A DNA stretch of 63,305 nucleotides, filler included, from Octopus bimaculoides (Eukaryota), in NCBI RefSeq assembly GCF_001194135.2. It is 5 parts of 5 records of this genome, joined end to end, with 100 filler letters (N's around TTAATTAATTAA, not from the genome) between each part and the next. Parts side by side here need not be neighbours in the genome. Positions count along the whole stretch, not along the records: positions 1 to 28,158 come from NC_068985.1; 4 more parts are not named here. One strand, written 5' to 3'. The translations under genes were made by a program, and so were the position numbers. Positions 13,698 through 26,750 of this stretch are shown in pieces. Position 1 is the first letter of the stretch, and each line of letters opens with the position of its first letter. Under the pieces are notes generated by a model that saw only the letters and a program-made list of their open reading frames with translations, was not told the DNA's origin and made no database searches.

Positions 13698-14249
13698 TCA
13701 AACTCTCAATTTCAGTTTATATATTATACACACACACACACACTCTCTCTCTCTCATACATACATACATAGGCGACAAATCGATAGAACCAGTAGAATAT
13801 CGGATTCAATGCATTCTCCTATATGTTCCTAATCTATACGCTCTAGGTTCAAATCACGTCGAAATTAAAATTTGCATTTCACTTTTTCCGATATCGATAA
13901 ATAACAGACCCGCCATGTATAATGTAGACGGATCGATTCTTCCTTCTGCTCGGCTATCTTTCGCTGTGAGAAGGGTAATGAAGGGCTAGCCCTCGCGTCG
14001 TATCTTTCTACAGAAACGGAGGAGAGAAAGGCAGGTTGTATAAAAAATAAAAAAAACCTTAAGAAATAAGATGTTGCAGTAGTGAGTTGAGAAGAAAGCG
14101 TGTGTAAGTATGAGTATATGCACAGACAAACAAGAATACGTGTGTGTGTGTGAATATATATATGTGTGTGTGGTTGTCAGATTTTAGTTAGATTTTTTTT
14201 CCCCATTTATTTTCAATCCTTTCCAATATTCTTTTCTATTCTATTCTAA

Positions 14250-14450
14250 GAACACGGCCCGAAATTTTAGGGGAGGGGACTAGTCGATTAAATCGAGTCC
14301 AGTACACAACTGGTACTTATTTTATCGACCCCGAAAGGATGAAAGGCAAAGTCGACCTCGGCGGAATTTGAACTCAGAACGTAAAGGCAGACGAAATACC
14401 GCTAAGCAAGTCACCCGGCGTGCTAACGTTTCTGCCAGCTCGTCGCCTTC
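14250..14450 (-). mobile_element. SINE family B
   Basis: Close to the family consensus, complete. Confidence 0.8.
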
Positions 14451-15677
14451 CAATCCTTTCCAATATTATTATTTTCATTGATACCAAAAACATTTGTATA
14501 ATGCCGTTCTCTACATTTCCAATCTTCAAAAAAACTTTTGCTTTCCAGGCACATGAAGATGGAATGCCAAATAGAATATATATNNNNNNNNNNNNNNNNN
14601 NNNNNNNNNNNNNNNNNNNNNNNNNNNNNNNNNNNNNNNNNNNNNNNNNNNNNNNNNNNNNNNNNNNNNNNNNNNNNNNNNNNNNNNNNNNNNNNNNNNN
14701 NNNNNNNNNNNNNNNNNNNNNNNNNNNNNNNNNNNNNNNNNNNNNNNNNNNNNNNNNNNNNNNNNNNNNNNNNNNNNNNNNNNNNNNNNNNNNNNNNNNN
14801 NNNNNNNNNNNNNNNNNNNNNNNNNNNNNNNNNNNNNNNNNNNNNNNNNNNNNNNNNNNNNNNNNNNNNNNNNNNNNNNNNNNNNNNNNNNNNNNNNNNN
14901 NNNNNNNNNNNNNNNNNNNNNNNNNNNNNNNNNNNNNNNNNNNNNNNNNNNNNNNNNNNNNNNNNNNNNNNNNNNNNNNNNNNNNNNNNNNNNNNNNNNN
15001 NNNNNNNNNNNNNNNNNNNNNNNNNNNNNNNNNNNNNNNNNNNNNNNNNNNNNNNGGAGTAAGAAAAATCTTTTCAGTCGATTGTACATACCTTCTTGAC
15101 AAGCCGTTCAATATATCTATATTTTTATTTGCATATATATTTTTTTACCTAATGTGTTTTTTTTTATATATACGTATTCTTTATATGAAAACCAAAAGTC
15201 GACCTCGGTGGAATTTGAACTCAGTACGTAACGGCAGACGAAATACCGCGAAGCATTTCGCCCGGCGTGCTAACGTTTCTGCTAGCTTGCCGCTTTTTAG
15301 TTTCTGCCTTCCAAATTCACTCACAAGGCATTCATTGGTCGGCTCAAGACTATTAGTAGCCAGAACCATGTGGTTGGGACGCAAACTTCCTTCCATAACG
15401 TCATGCCTGCACCTATACATATATCATATCATATCATATAGCGAGCACAAGCTCCCAAAATGATGCGTATGAACGTATTAGCCGATGTTTTGAATACTAC
15501 ATATACATATATATATATATTTCTGTCACTAGCTGTCCTTTTTTTTAAATATGCCATATGTGTTTGTATATTGTTATTATTGTCCTTTTAGTAAACAAAT
15601 AAACAGGTAAATTGACACAATACAATGTCTGCAAGTTGATGAATGCCATCTATTAATCCCCTCCATTTTCTTATTGC

Positions 15678-15903
15678 TATTCTTCCTTGACTTACGTATC
15701 TATGTGTTATTTTGGCTCTTCTTCCTCGCTTTACGTATCTATTATTTTGGCTCTTCTTCCTCGACTTACTATCTATGTGTTATTTTGGCTCTTCTTCCTC
15801 GACTTACGTATCTATGTATTATTTTGGCTCTTCTTCCTCGACTTGCGTATCTATGAGTTATTTCGGCTCTTCTTCCTCGACTCGTGTATCTATGTGTTAT
15901 TTT
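15678..15903. repeat. 39-bp minisatellite, about 5.5 copies
   Basis: Unit tattttggctcttcttcctcgacttacgtatctatgtgt; five full copies plus a partial first copy. Confidence 0.9.
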
Positions 15904-16210
15904 AAATATATACAAGTATTGCATATAATTAGAATTTAATTAATAAACAACACGAATGCTAAATATATTAAATTCAGTTCTTGATAACGAGAGCACGAAA
16001 GCCCGAGAATATTGGATACAGATTTAGAAGCTCAACTGTTCCAAACCAAGTTGTAAAATCTAATCAGAAAATATGATAAATATGAAATAAAAGATAATAC
16101 TTGAATATAGCCGCGTGTTTAATGAAGCATGCATACACGCACGCACGCATGCATTCATCCATCTGTACATACAAACATACAAGTGGCAGGGCATAAAATA
16201 TGGTCATTAT

Positions 16211-16421
16211 TGCAGTAGTCCACAAAGTCTGGCTGCATGGAGTAAATGAAATCACAACATAAACAATCAAATATAAGAAATAATAATTTCTTAAAGTATG
16301 TGTTAATCTCCATGTGGGTACATGGAGTAAGTAAAATCATAACATAAACAATTAAATATAAGAAATAATAATTTCTTAATGTGTTAATCCCCATGTACCC
16401 AGACTTTGTGGACACCCTGTA
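16211..16421. mobile_element. Tc1/mariner-type MITE, tandem dimer
   Basis: Terminus cccagactttgtggacaccctg|ta (reverse of TACAGGGTGTCC) with a degenerate left copy gtccacaaagtctgg. The internal ~85-bp unit is duplicated. Confidence 0.6.
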
Positions 16422-17619
16422 TTATTGATGGGTTGAGAAAAACTGAACGAAGTAAAANNNNNNNNNNNNNNNNNNNNNNNNNNNNNNNNNNNNNNNNNNN
16501 NNNNNNNNNNNNNNNNNNNNNNNNNNNNNNNNNNNNNNNNNNNNNNNNNNNNNNNNNNNNNNNNNNNNNNNNNNNNNNNNNNNNNNNNNNNNNNNNNNNN
16601 NNNNNNNNNNNNNNNNNNNNNNNNNNNNNNNNNNNNNNNNNNNNNNNNNNNNNNNNNNNNNNNNNNNNNNNNNNNNNNNNNNNNNNNNNNNNNNNNNNNN
16701 NNNNNNNNNNNNNNNNNNNNNNNNNNNNNNNNNNNNNNNNNNNNNNNNNNNNNNNNNNNNNNNNNNNNNNNNNNNNNNNNNNNNNNNNNNNNNNNNNNNN
16801 NNNNNNNNNNNNNNNNNNNNNNNNNNNNNNNNNNNNNNNNNNNNNNNNNNNNNNNNNNNNNNNNNNNNNNNNNNNNNNNNNNNNNNNNNNNNNNNNNNNN
16901 NNNNNNNNNNNNNNNNNNNNNNNNNNNNNNNNNNNNNNNNNNNNNNNNNNNNNNNNNNNNNNNNNNNNNNNNNNNNNNNNNNNNNNNNNNNNNNNNNNNA
17001 AAAACATGGATGGATATTCTATGAAGATTTATTTTTTCATATAAAAGATCAATCAGAACGATAAAACACTATGGAGAGGGGGTGGCGATGCCGTTGTTGC
17101 TAAACATGTTGGTGCCAAACAAAGAAAGACCCCAAGGAAGCCTCGCATGTCGTCCATTTTGGTAGAAAGAGGAGAGAATACGACAATAAGACAAGGCATG
17201 GATTGTAAAACAAGTTGATGACAACAGTAAACAATGAGTGGCTGAAATAGGGGGGATGTGAAGGGGGTGGGAAGTTACCAAAAAACTTTTAACCTTCCCG
17301 CGTATTGGGATTAATGGGGTTTGGGAAATAGGGAAACCGAACGTACAGCCATATACACCGACCCTTCTCGATTTTGTGGTCCTTGATTAAGTGTAATGAA
17401 AATACAAAAAAAATAAAATAAAAAATACTGCTGATATCTACGGACCCTTCAGTTTTAAACTCCCTTTATCATTCTCTCTGTCATCACCGTTGTTTAAATG
17501 TCAATCCAATTTAGGGTTAATCCTTTCCCTGTCACTGACATATTGCTTTCAATACGGTTTATATAGGGAATGGAAGGGGAAGCCTCTCTTTCACACACAT
17601 TATTGTTGTTGTTGTTGTT

Positions 17620-17830
17620 GCAGTGAGCTGGAAGAATCGTTAGCACGTTGGACGAAATGCTTAGCGGTATTTCACCCGTCGCTACGTGCCGAGTTCAAAT
17701 TCCGCCGAGGTCGACTTTGCCTTTAATTCTTTCGACGTCGATAAATTTAGTGGTAATGAAAACACTGGAATCGATGTAATTGTCTAGTCTCCTCCCCAAA
17801 ATTTCAGGCCTTGTGCTTTTAATAGAAAGA
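17620..17830 (+). mobile_element. SINE family B
   Basis: gagctggaagaatcgttagcacg..gagttcaaattccgccgaggtcgac. Confidence 0.75.
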
Positions 17831-17992
17831 ATTATTATTATTATTATTACTATTGTTGTTGTTGTATTCTTAGTTCTTTGCAAAGCTCATCGAGCAACGA
17901 TGGATCTCCACCCAGCAATGTTCACGAATCCTGTGGAGTTTGCTCACGGGCCAGATCCTCTGCTATAGCCTTGCTTGCTACTTCTCAGTGTG

Positions 17993-18024
<32 letters not shown>

Positions 18025-19915
18025 TGCGTGTGTGATATGCACTCTCTTTGTGAAATCCTTGACTTCAATGGAATGAAAAAAAACGTCACTCCACGAAGTT
18101 ACGGCCGAACCAACAAAGAAAAGTAAACCTAAATACAACCCGTGTTGAAAGTAAACAACAAAATCGCGCAACAAACAAATCGTTCTGTCTTCAGTAAGGA
18201 AAGCACACACGGAATAACGTAATTCGAGAAACATCTATAAGAAGAGTCGGGCATGGCTGGGTTGCCCAAATTCATAGGTTCGCTCTACTAGGAATAAACT
18301 TGGTGCTACGTAAAAGATCAATCAGTGAAAAATTATCTAGAGTAAGAGATGGCAAATTTCTTATTATAATTGACCCCTTCACGGAATCGTTAACAACGTA
18401 TTGAAACCTACCATGTAAACTTCTGAAATAAAGTATAATTAATGAAAAAAAAAAAATTCTTGGTGTAAAAAAACAATATTTCTTTCGTTCTTTTGTGTCA
18501 TTATCGCTTTTTAATCAGAGATATTTAATGCAAACACTCGAAAAGAAATTCACAAAGGGCAACAGAAATTCAGTAATTCCTGCAGTGGAATTAAATTCCA
18601 TATTAAATTGATATGATTGGAATATTCAATGTGAAATGTGTGTGCGACCCTTCATCAGTTGTCAGCTGTCTATCTACTTCTCAGTTCGAGNNNNNNNNNN
18701 NNNNNNNNNNNNNNNNNNNNNNNNNNNNNNNNNNNNNNNNNNNNNNNNNNNNNNNNNNNNNNNNNNNNNNNNNNNNNNNNNNNNNNNNNNNNNNNNNNNN
18801 NNNNNNNNNNNNNNNNNNNNNNNNNNNNNNNNNNNNNNNNNNNNNNNNNNNNNNNNNNNNNNNNNNNNNNNNNNNNNNNNNNNNNNNNNNNNNNNNNNNN
18901 NNNNNNNNNNNNNNNNNNNNNNNNNNNNNNNNNNNNNNNNNNNNNNNNNNNNNNNNNNNNNNNNNNNNNNNNNNNNNNNNNNNNNNNNNNNNNNNNNNNN
19001 NNNNNNNNNNNNNNNNNNNNNNNNNNNNNNNNNNNNNNNNNNNNNNNNNNNNNNNNNNNNNNNNNNNNNNNNNNNNNNNNNNNNNNNNNNNNNNNNNNNN
19101 NNNNNNNNNNNNNNNNNNNNNNNNNNNNNNNNNNNNNNNNNNNNNNNNNNNNNNNNNNNNNNNNNNNNNNNNNNNNNNNNNNNNNNNNNNNNNNNNNNNN
19201 NNNNNNNNNNNNNNNNNNNNNNNNNNNNNNNNNNNNNNNNNNNNNNNNNNNNNNNNNNNNNNNNNNNNNNNNNNNNNNNNNNNNNNNNNNNNNNNNNNNN
19301 NNNNNNNNNNNNNNNNNNNNNNNNNNNNNNNNNNNNNNNNNNNNNNNNNNNNNNNNNNNNNNNNNNNNNNNNNNNNNNNNNNNNNNNNNNNNNNNNNNNN
19401 NNNNNNNNNNGTGACATCTTCTAAGAATTTAGCCGGAGTGGCTTCTGATTTCCTTTCGTTTTAACGGATTCGTGGAAGTTTTCAAAATCTTGAAATACGG
19501 GGAATGTAAGAATTCTCCAAAAAAAAAAAAACCTTTCATTACTTTCAAGAAAATATTAAAATAAAGCGAGACTCCCCCGCCCCCCGCACACACATACGTT
19601 GTCATTAAATACAATTAAGTCAAAACATTATTTATTTAATCATTTTAACTATTTGTGTATGGTATTTAAATGAAACATGACTTTGTTCCAGTTCACCAAA
19701 TCTCGAAATGCTTACGTAATAAAAAACATTTCCAACAATATTTTTTTTGAAGTCAAACACAAATGTCATATTCCTTTCTTTTCCTCTTTCATCTTAATAA
19801 ACCAATTAAACAATATTTCTTAGCTTTAGTAAACGTTGTGTTTTTGTCACTACGTATTCGTATGTCAACTTAGCTTTATTAATGCTTAAATATTAACTTA
19901 TCCTTTAGTTCAAAA

Positions 19916-20255
19916 CAGTGGTTTTCAACCGGGGGACCACGCAAGCAAAACAGTAAATTGGTAATTCACAAGTGTACTGTAAAAGTCCATTAAAATGTTT
20001 TATTTTAGATGTGTCTATTGTGAGAAACAGCTACGTTTCTTTATTGAGCGCAGGCCTGGCCAACTCGAAATACATTGCGGGCCACTTTAATCACAGATAG
20101 TTTCTTGAGGGCCGCTTATATACTAACAGAATGATCGTTGATTCAACATGAAATATTATCGTTGCAAAAACAGTATCTTTCTTTTTTACTTTTCATTACA
20201 ATCTTTAATTTTTGATAAAATTTTTTAAATGCCTGTTTAAATAAACCCATTTCAA
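19916..20255. mobile_element. Probable hAT MITE fragments
   Basis: hAT-like termini cagtggttttcaacc (19916) and caggcctggccaac (20051). Matching ends were not found; the sequence runs into a gap. Confidence 0.35.
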
Positions 20256-20737
20256 NNNNNNNNNNNNNNNNNNNNNNNNNNNNNNNNNNNNNNNNNNNNN
20301 NNNNNNNNNNNNNNNNNNNNNNNNNNNNNNNNNNNNNNNNNNNNNNNNNNNNNNNNNNNNNNNNNNNNNNNNNNNNNNNNNNNNNNNNNNNNNNNNNNNN
20401 NNNNNNNNNNNNNNNNNNNNNNNNNNNNNNNNNNNNNNNNNNNNNNNNNNNNNNNNNNNNNNNNNNNNNNNNNNNNNNNNNNNNNNNNNNNNNNNNNNNN
20501 NNNNNNNNNNNNNNNNNNNNNNNNNNNNNNNNNNNNNNNNNNNNNNNNNNNNNNNNNNNNNNNNNNNNNNNNNNNNNNNNNNNNNNNNNNNNNNNNNNNN
20601 NNNNNNNNNNNNNNNNNNNNNNNNNNNNNNNNNNNNNNNNNNNNNNNNNNNNNNNNNNNNNNNNNNNNNNNNNNNNNNNNNNNNNNNNNNNNNNNNNNNN
20701 NNNNNNNNNNNNNNNNNNNNNNNNNNNNNNNNNNNNN

Positions 20738-20775
<38 letters not shown>

Positions 20776-20903
20776 GCATATATATACACACACACACATA
20801 CATACATACATACACGAGTGGACAAACGAAAGAAAAGGGCATACACACACACATATATGTATTTACTTATTTAAAACGGTAATGAGAGGTTGGGATGACA
20901 AAG

Positions 20904-21042
20904 GAATAAACACTTATTCAATGGTTTACAGCTGTTTCTGCTGCGGGATGCGATGCAGTCATATATAAAACATTTAATAATTGTTAATTCGACAAAATAC
21001 ATTTTGTCAATCCTAACGATTATGAATTAAGTGTTTTTATTC
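20904..21042 (-). repeat. Degenerate hammerhead-like unit with an inverted partial copy of its 3' flank
   Basis: Minus strand ..ATGA-CTGC..GCAG-ca-GAAAC-AGCT-GTA-AAC at 20924-20973. Flank gaataaacacttattca (20904-20920) recurs inverted at 21023-21042. Confidence 0.4.
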
Positions 21043-22123
21043 GTGCTAAGTGGCCAGACATAACTTGTGTGTGTGTGTTGACTATGTTTGACACAACCGT
21101 GTCTCATATCATAGCGATGAAACTTGCCATCAACTCGTCCCTGAGTTGCTATTATTGTTAATTTAATAAGGACAGACATTGTGTAATCTTAAGACAGTAT
21201 TTATATAACCACCCCACTTCTCTTTCTCTCAAATCACATTATACCATCTTATAGACAAACACACATAAAAGAGAAGGGTATTGGATAACAATACAGCATA
21301 ATACAAATCCAGTGATAACCCGGGTAGAGTGCACCAATAAGGCAAACACCCGACCAAAAAAAAAAAAAAAAGAAAGAATATCTAATAAAAACTAAAAACA
21401 AAAAGACCAGAAGACAAGAGCCACGGGTACAAAGACAATAGAATTACGTTAGTAGGAAGAAAGAGAAGAATTTAACGTTGATTCTTTGCCGTTCCTCCTT
21501 CACGGTGTAATGGTATTGATCTTGTATTCAAGTTCGTTGTTCTGTCGTCTTTTTGTTATTTGCTTTGCTTCTTCCTCGAAATTTTGTTTGGATGCTGAAT
21601 AATATATAGTCTTAGATAGGGTTTCTGTTTTTTTTACCGTTTTGTTAAGTCTTTACCTGTCCAAATTATTCTCATAAGTTTGTTATAATATTCATCCTTC
21701 TTTTCAGACGTTTATTTATCCTTGTTTCATATATTCCTTTCGTTCATAAGTCCCAACTTACTCTGGTGGTCGGAAAAAAACAAAAAATGGGAAGGTGTAT
21801 CATATATGATGCATGGGTGCCAGCGAAATAAGTCCTTCGACACAGGGCAGGCAGAAGGTTAGGGAGAGAAGGGTAACGCCATAACACCCCTACCTTTTTA
21901 TTTATTTATTTGTAGTTTTTGTTAAGGCCTTTGAGACAAGGAGAGGAACGAGACTAAGGGATCCCGGGTGTTTACAACAAAGTGAAACAATAAATGTAAT
22001 CAAGAAACAGATGGACGACGGTTGTTGTATCTACTAACCAATGTAAGAAAAGATAAAAAGAAAATAGAAAAAAAAAAATAGTCAGAACCAAGATCCTTTC
22101 ATGCTTTCAATATAGGTCTTGTC

Positions 22124-22480
22124 CAAGGGTTCTCAAACGTCTGCTCCTTGTGTACCCCTTCATTGTGCCCGGCAGTGCGAAGAATATAATGTGAAACCTT
22201 TCCGTACAAACGTTTCGTAAAACAAACAATAGACATACACGTTATTATTTGCCATTAATTTTATTTGGAGGGTTCAAATTTCGCAAGGGTTCAACTTAAT
22301 AATATTTAATTCTTACGGGGATCTGCGCCTTTTCTAAGAAATTTAATGTCACATTTTTAATGAGCTTGATGTCATCTTTCTGACAACCAAGTCAATCAAT
22401 TTTAATCACAGTTTCAGGTGAGGCATACCTGCGTATCATTTCTCAATTGGGTCTTGCAGAAAATTTGCGTTTCGGTATAA
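22124..22480 (-). mobile_element. hAT transposon 3' end relic
   Basis: Terminus caagggttctcaaac. The minus-strand frame (with stops) resembles the C-terminal tail of Charlie transposases. Confidence 0.4.
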
Positions 22481-22729
22481 ATAAGTATTGTTGAAAAAAC
22501 CTTTGTTCACAACAAAAAAATTGACGGAAACAGCAAAAGACTCTACAAATGTTTTAGGTACAAGAATTGGTTGTGATTACTTCAAACTTCTAATATATTT
22601 TATAAACGTCACCTATCCCCGCAATCTCTCTTGCGTATTCCTAAAGGTACGTATACCTCGATTTCAGAACACCCTTGGTTTTAATTCACCAGGTACTAAA
22701 CAGCCATAATTTATAAAAATATTCAGATA

Positions 22730-22777
22730 CAGTAGTACCTCGGTTTACGAACACCTCTGATCACAGATAAATCGTGT

Positions 22778-22814
<37 letters not shown>

Positions 22815-22972
22815 ATACCGGAGTAAGCACATAAATGTGAAACAAGGTGGAAAAAAAGAGTACTCAAATACCAGATGAAGAGTAATATGCTTTATTTAAA
22901 ACTGTCCGACGAACAGGAACGTGAAACTCTGAGTAACAGCTTTTGTTATATTTCTGCTGCTTTTAAATGAAG

Positions 22973-23003
<31 letters not shown>

Positions 23004-23050
23004 CACGATTTATTCGCAATCAGAGTTGTTCGAAAACCGAGGTACTACTG
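22730..23050. mobile_element. pogo/Tigger-like MITE with TA target duplication, interrupted by microsatellites and a hammerhead-bearing insert
   Basis: ta|cagtagtacctcggtttacgaac..ataaatcgtg and cacgatttat..gttcgaaaaccgaggtactactg|ta form ~45-bp inverted termini flanked by TA. Confidence 0.8.
22898..22944 (+). ncRNA. Minimal type-I hammerhead-like motif with U4C core variant
   Basis: CTGT-CCGACGA-AC(aggaac)GT-GAAAC-TCTGA-GTA-ACAG: stem I CTGT/ACAG, stem III ACTC-T-GAGT, GUA cleavage triplet. Confidence 0.6.
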
Positions 23051-23259
23051 TACTATCAAATGTAAATCTTCACAGTATCCATTAATGGACAATATATTTC
23101 ATCTTCACATATTACAAAACGCTTGTTTTAATATTATTAACAGTTCATCTCAAAATAATACACAGTATATGTCTCGTACAACATTAATAAAAATACATCA
23201 ATACTTATAATAATCTGCAAATACTAAAATACGTGTGTGTGTGTGTGTGTCTTGACGAT

Positions 23260-23480
23260 GCGAGCTGGCAGAATCGTTAGCATGCCTGACAAAATGCTTA
23301 GAGGTGTTCCGTGCGTCTGTACATTCCGAGTTCAAATTCCACCGAGGTCGACTTTACCTATTATCTTTTCGGGGTTGATAAAATAAGAAAAATAAGAACT
23401 ATTTCAGCAAAGTGGTGGGCGGGGGGAACCAGCCCACTTCCCCCAAAACTGAGGGCTTTGTGCATATTAGTAGAAAGGAT
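23260..23480 (+). mobile_element. SINE family B
   Basis: gcgagctggcagaatcgttagc head and Nin-like core. Confidence 0.75.
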
Positions 23481-24844
23481 TATCAGCAATATATTAATAC
23501 TATAGTATTCCGCAAGTACTGTGACGTATAATATTACATCTTAATGCATTTAATATACTATACATTTATTATATCTTAATATACTGTAACATGTAAGTAT
23601 TGACAACATTATTAACACTACATTAATCACCATATTTATGACTTAGCATTGAAACACTCTATATAAACTGTACCTCTTGACATTATTAACAATTTCTATT
23701 AACCGCCGAACACTACAATGCAGCTCTTCACAACATTATCAACAGCGCAGTTTCGAATTTTTCTATTCGAGGCTTCTTTTTTTTTCAACCTAATATTTAC
23801 ATGTTGTTATTTATAGCTTCATCTACTTCGAGCTCAACCGCCCCTCTCCCCTTAAAAACGAATTATTTCACGTTTTCTCGGAGTTTTTAAATTGTTACGA
23901 CGTACCTTAACGATATTATTGAATATATGTTATAATAATAATAATAATAATAATAACGATGTTTCGTAAGCTAAGGCTAAGCATATAAGCGATCACCATG
24001 CAACGACTATGGGGCATATTAGACCTCGACGGAAAAAAGAAGGGTTCTCGTACGCGTGGGGATATTTTCTTTAAGTCATTGAACGGTGACCGCTTATAAG
24101 ATAAAATATCACTATTATTATGTACAGAATTGTAATTATATATATNNNNNNNNNNNNNNNNNNNNNNNNNNNNNNNNNNNNNNNNNNNNNNNNNNNNNNN
24201 NNNNNNNNNNNNNNNNNNNNNNNNNNNNNNNNNNNNNNNNNNNNNNNNNNNNNNNNNNNNNNNNNNNNNNNNNNATATAAGCATTCTAAAACTATAGCAT
24301 GTATATCTCAACAATTAGTTTTAAATCTCCAAATATTATATAGAACGTTATATACGTCTTTACAGTATTAAACCTTCAAAAACCATAAGTTTTACACCTT
24401 GGCAACATTATTCAAGATGCTAGAAAGAGTAACCAAATCTTTCTCAAACCGTATTCCACTATCTTTAGAAAAATGGGACACACTGGACAAAAAAAACACA
24501 GGATGGTCAAAGCTGGAACGTCTTTGATCACAGTCCTGTTCAATCAAAACTGACGTGAGCTAATCAAAAGCAGTCCAAACTACAAGGAGATTATTATGAA
24601 AAGATGTTTCGTCACTAAACAAATATGAATTAACGATTAAACTCTTCAAAATATGACAATAGCTGCCAACAATACCCCTCAAACATAAAAAAAAATATCT
24701 CTCACATAACCGTTATTATTTGCAAATTTTATTCTTTGTGAAATCTGCAAAGCAACCTGTTTATGGAATGCATAAGCGACACGAAGGATAGTTGATATCT
24801 TCTTAACATATAAGAGGGAATCTACGTATGCATATATCTGTGTT

Positions 24845-24891
<47 letters not shown>

Positions 24892-25023
24892 GTGTGTGTG
24901 TGCGTGCGCGTGTGTTTATATATATATATATATATATATAGATGTGTGTATTCATACATGTATGTATATAAATGTTTGTGTATAAATGGAAGAACTGTTA
25001 ATATACACACATTAGCTTCGTTC

Positions 25024-25056
<33 letters not shown>

Positions 25057-25429
25057 NNNNNNNNNNNNNNNNNNNNNNNNNNNNNNNNNNNNNNNNNNNN
25101 NNNNNNNNNNNNNNNNNNNNNNNNNNNNNNNNNNNNNNNNNNNNNNNNNNNNNNNNGAAAGAAGCCCGTCGTATATATGTATATATATACATGTATATGT
25201 GTGTGTATATGTTTGTGTGTCGCTTGACAACCGATGCTGGTGTGTTTACGTCTCCGTAACTTAGCCATTCGGCACAAGAGACCGATAGAATAAAGTACTC
25301 GACTGGGGTCGATTTGCTCGACTAAAGGCGGTGCTTCAGCATGGCCACAGTCAAATGACTGAAACAAGTAAAAGGGTAAAAGAGTATTTATCTGAATATT
25401 GTGTGTGTGTGTGCGTGTATATAGAGATA

Positions 25430-25462
<33 letters not shown>

Positions 25463-26329
25463 TTGTGTGTGTGGAGGAAGAGGAGACAGACGAGAGCGTG
25501 ATGTGGTGGGGTGTATATGTATATATAATGTTATACACACTAACACACATCTCGAAATGTGTGGAATCGCGTATGTGTATGAATGAATGTATGTATGTAC
25601 GGTGTGTTTACCTGTATGCGTGTGTGTGTATGTGTGTAGGGGTTGATTGGAAGGTAGTTGTTTCAAAATAAATAGCGACATATTTTTAAAAAGGGTGGGG
25701 AGGGCCACCTTTAAAAAGAACCTTGTAACACCCACGCAATAGTAGCTAGCTTTGGTGGCGGTGGCGGTAGGGAATAACTCGCACACAAACACACGTAGAC
25801 AAATAAACACAAACACACACACACACACACACACAGAAGTCATACGCACAATCGTACAAAGAAACGCCCGCATAAACCGCAGACACAAAGAGAAAAACAT
25901 ACAAACACACACATACAAACGCTAACATAGAACACATGTGCGCGCGCACTCAGACACAAGCATATATATAAAACATACATATAATTCCAGACACAGAAAA
26001 ACACACACACACACAGATACTTGCAAACACTGACATTTTACACACACACACACACACACATACATAGGTGGACGCATGTCTACATATATACTTACATATA
26101 TAAACACGGATAGATCTAGATACATACAGAAAAAATATACACAAACGTACATTATATATATATTATATATATATATTATATATATATATACATACACAAA
26201 CACGCACGCCACTGTAAATGTCTTTGAAGTCGTATTTTCATATTTCAAACCTTTTATCTTTTATCTACTGGCTGTCGTTTAGCCCCAGGTCAACCTTGAT
26301 CCTGCGAAGGCAGATCTATGATGGAAAGC

Positions 26330-26750
26330 TTTTAAAGTCGCCATTCCCCTATGTTTGTGTCTATCGAAGAAAACCATCCTTCTGGATTTAAAGACGAGTA
26401 AAACAGTCGTTTTTGGCCTTTCAAAACGACTAACTAGTCTTAAATCCAGAAATGGCACCAACATATGTCAAATGAATGCTTTTATAGAGGCCTGCCGAAG
26501 AAAGTTAGGGAGTAGATCAAGCAACGACAAGCGGCAACTTATCTGGTCAATGCGTGCGTCACTCAAAGTGGAAGCATCCGAAATTGGTCTAATGGGACCC
26601 ACTTCATGGTGATGTAAGAAGAGAACAACATCGTCACAAGTCAACAATTTCATTGCAGTCACTAGCCTGGAACGTATCCAAGGACTCCTCGATGCAGTCG
26701 TGATGGACCGAGAAGTGTGACAGGTGGACTTTGGTTGCTGTGGTCTGGGT
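26330..26750 (+). mobile_element. Degenerate RTE-type LINE C-terminal fragment
   Basis: Frameshifted WDPLHGDVRR and SLERIQGLLDAVVMDREV resemble the RTE W.P.HG.R and MDRE.W motifs. Confidence 0.5.

Noticed and set aside
15678-15903. CRISPR-like regular repeat
   Set aside because: Units are contiguous with no unique spacers, there are no cas genes, and the context is eukaryotic.
18646-18660. Minus-strand CTGATGA-AGGG
   Set aside because: Only the 5' half of a hammerhead; it runs into a (CA)n tract with no stem II partner or GAAA.
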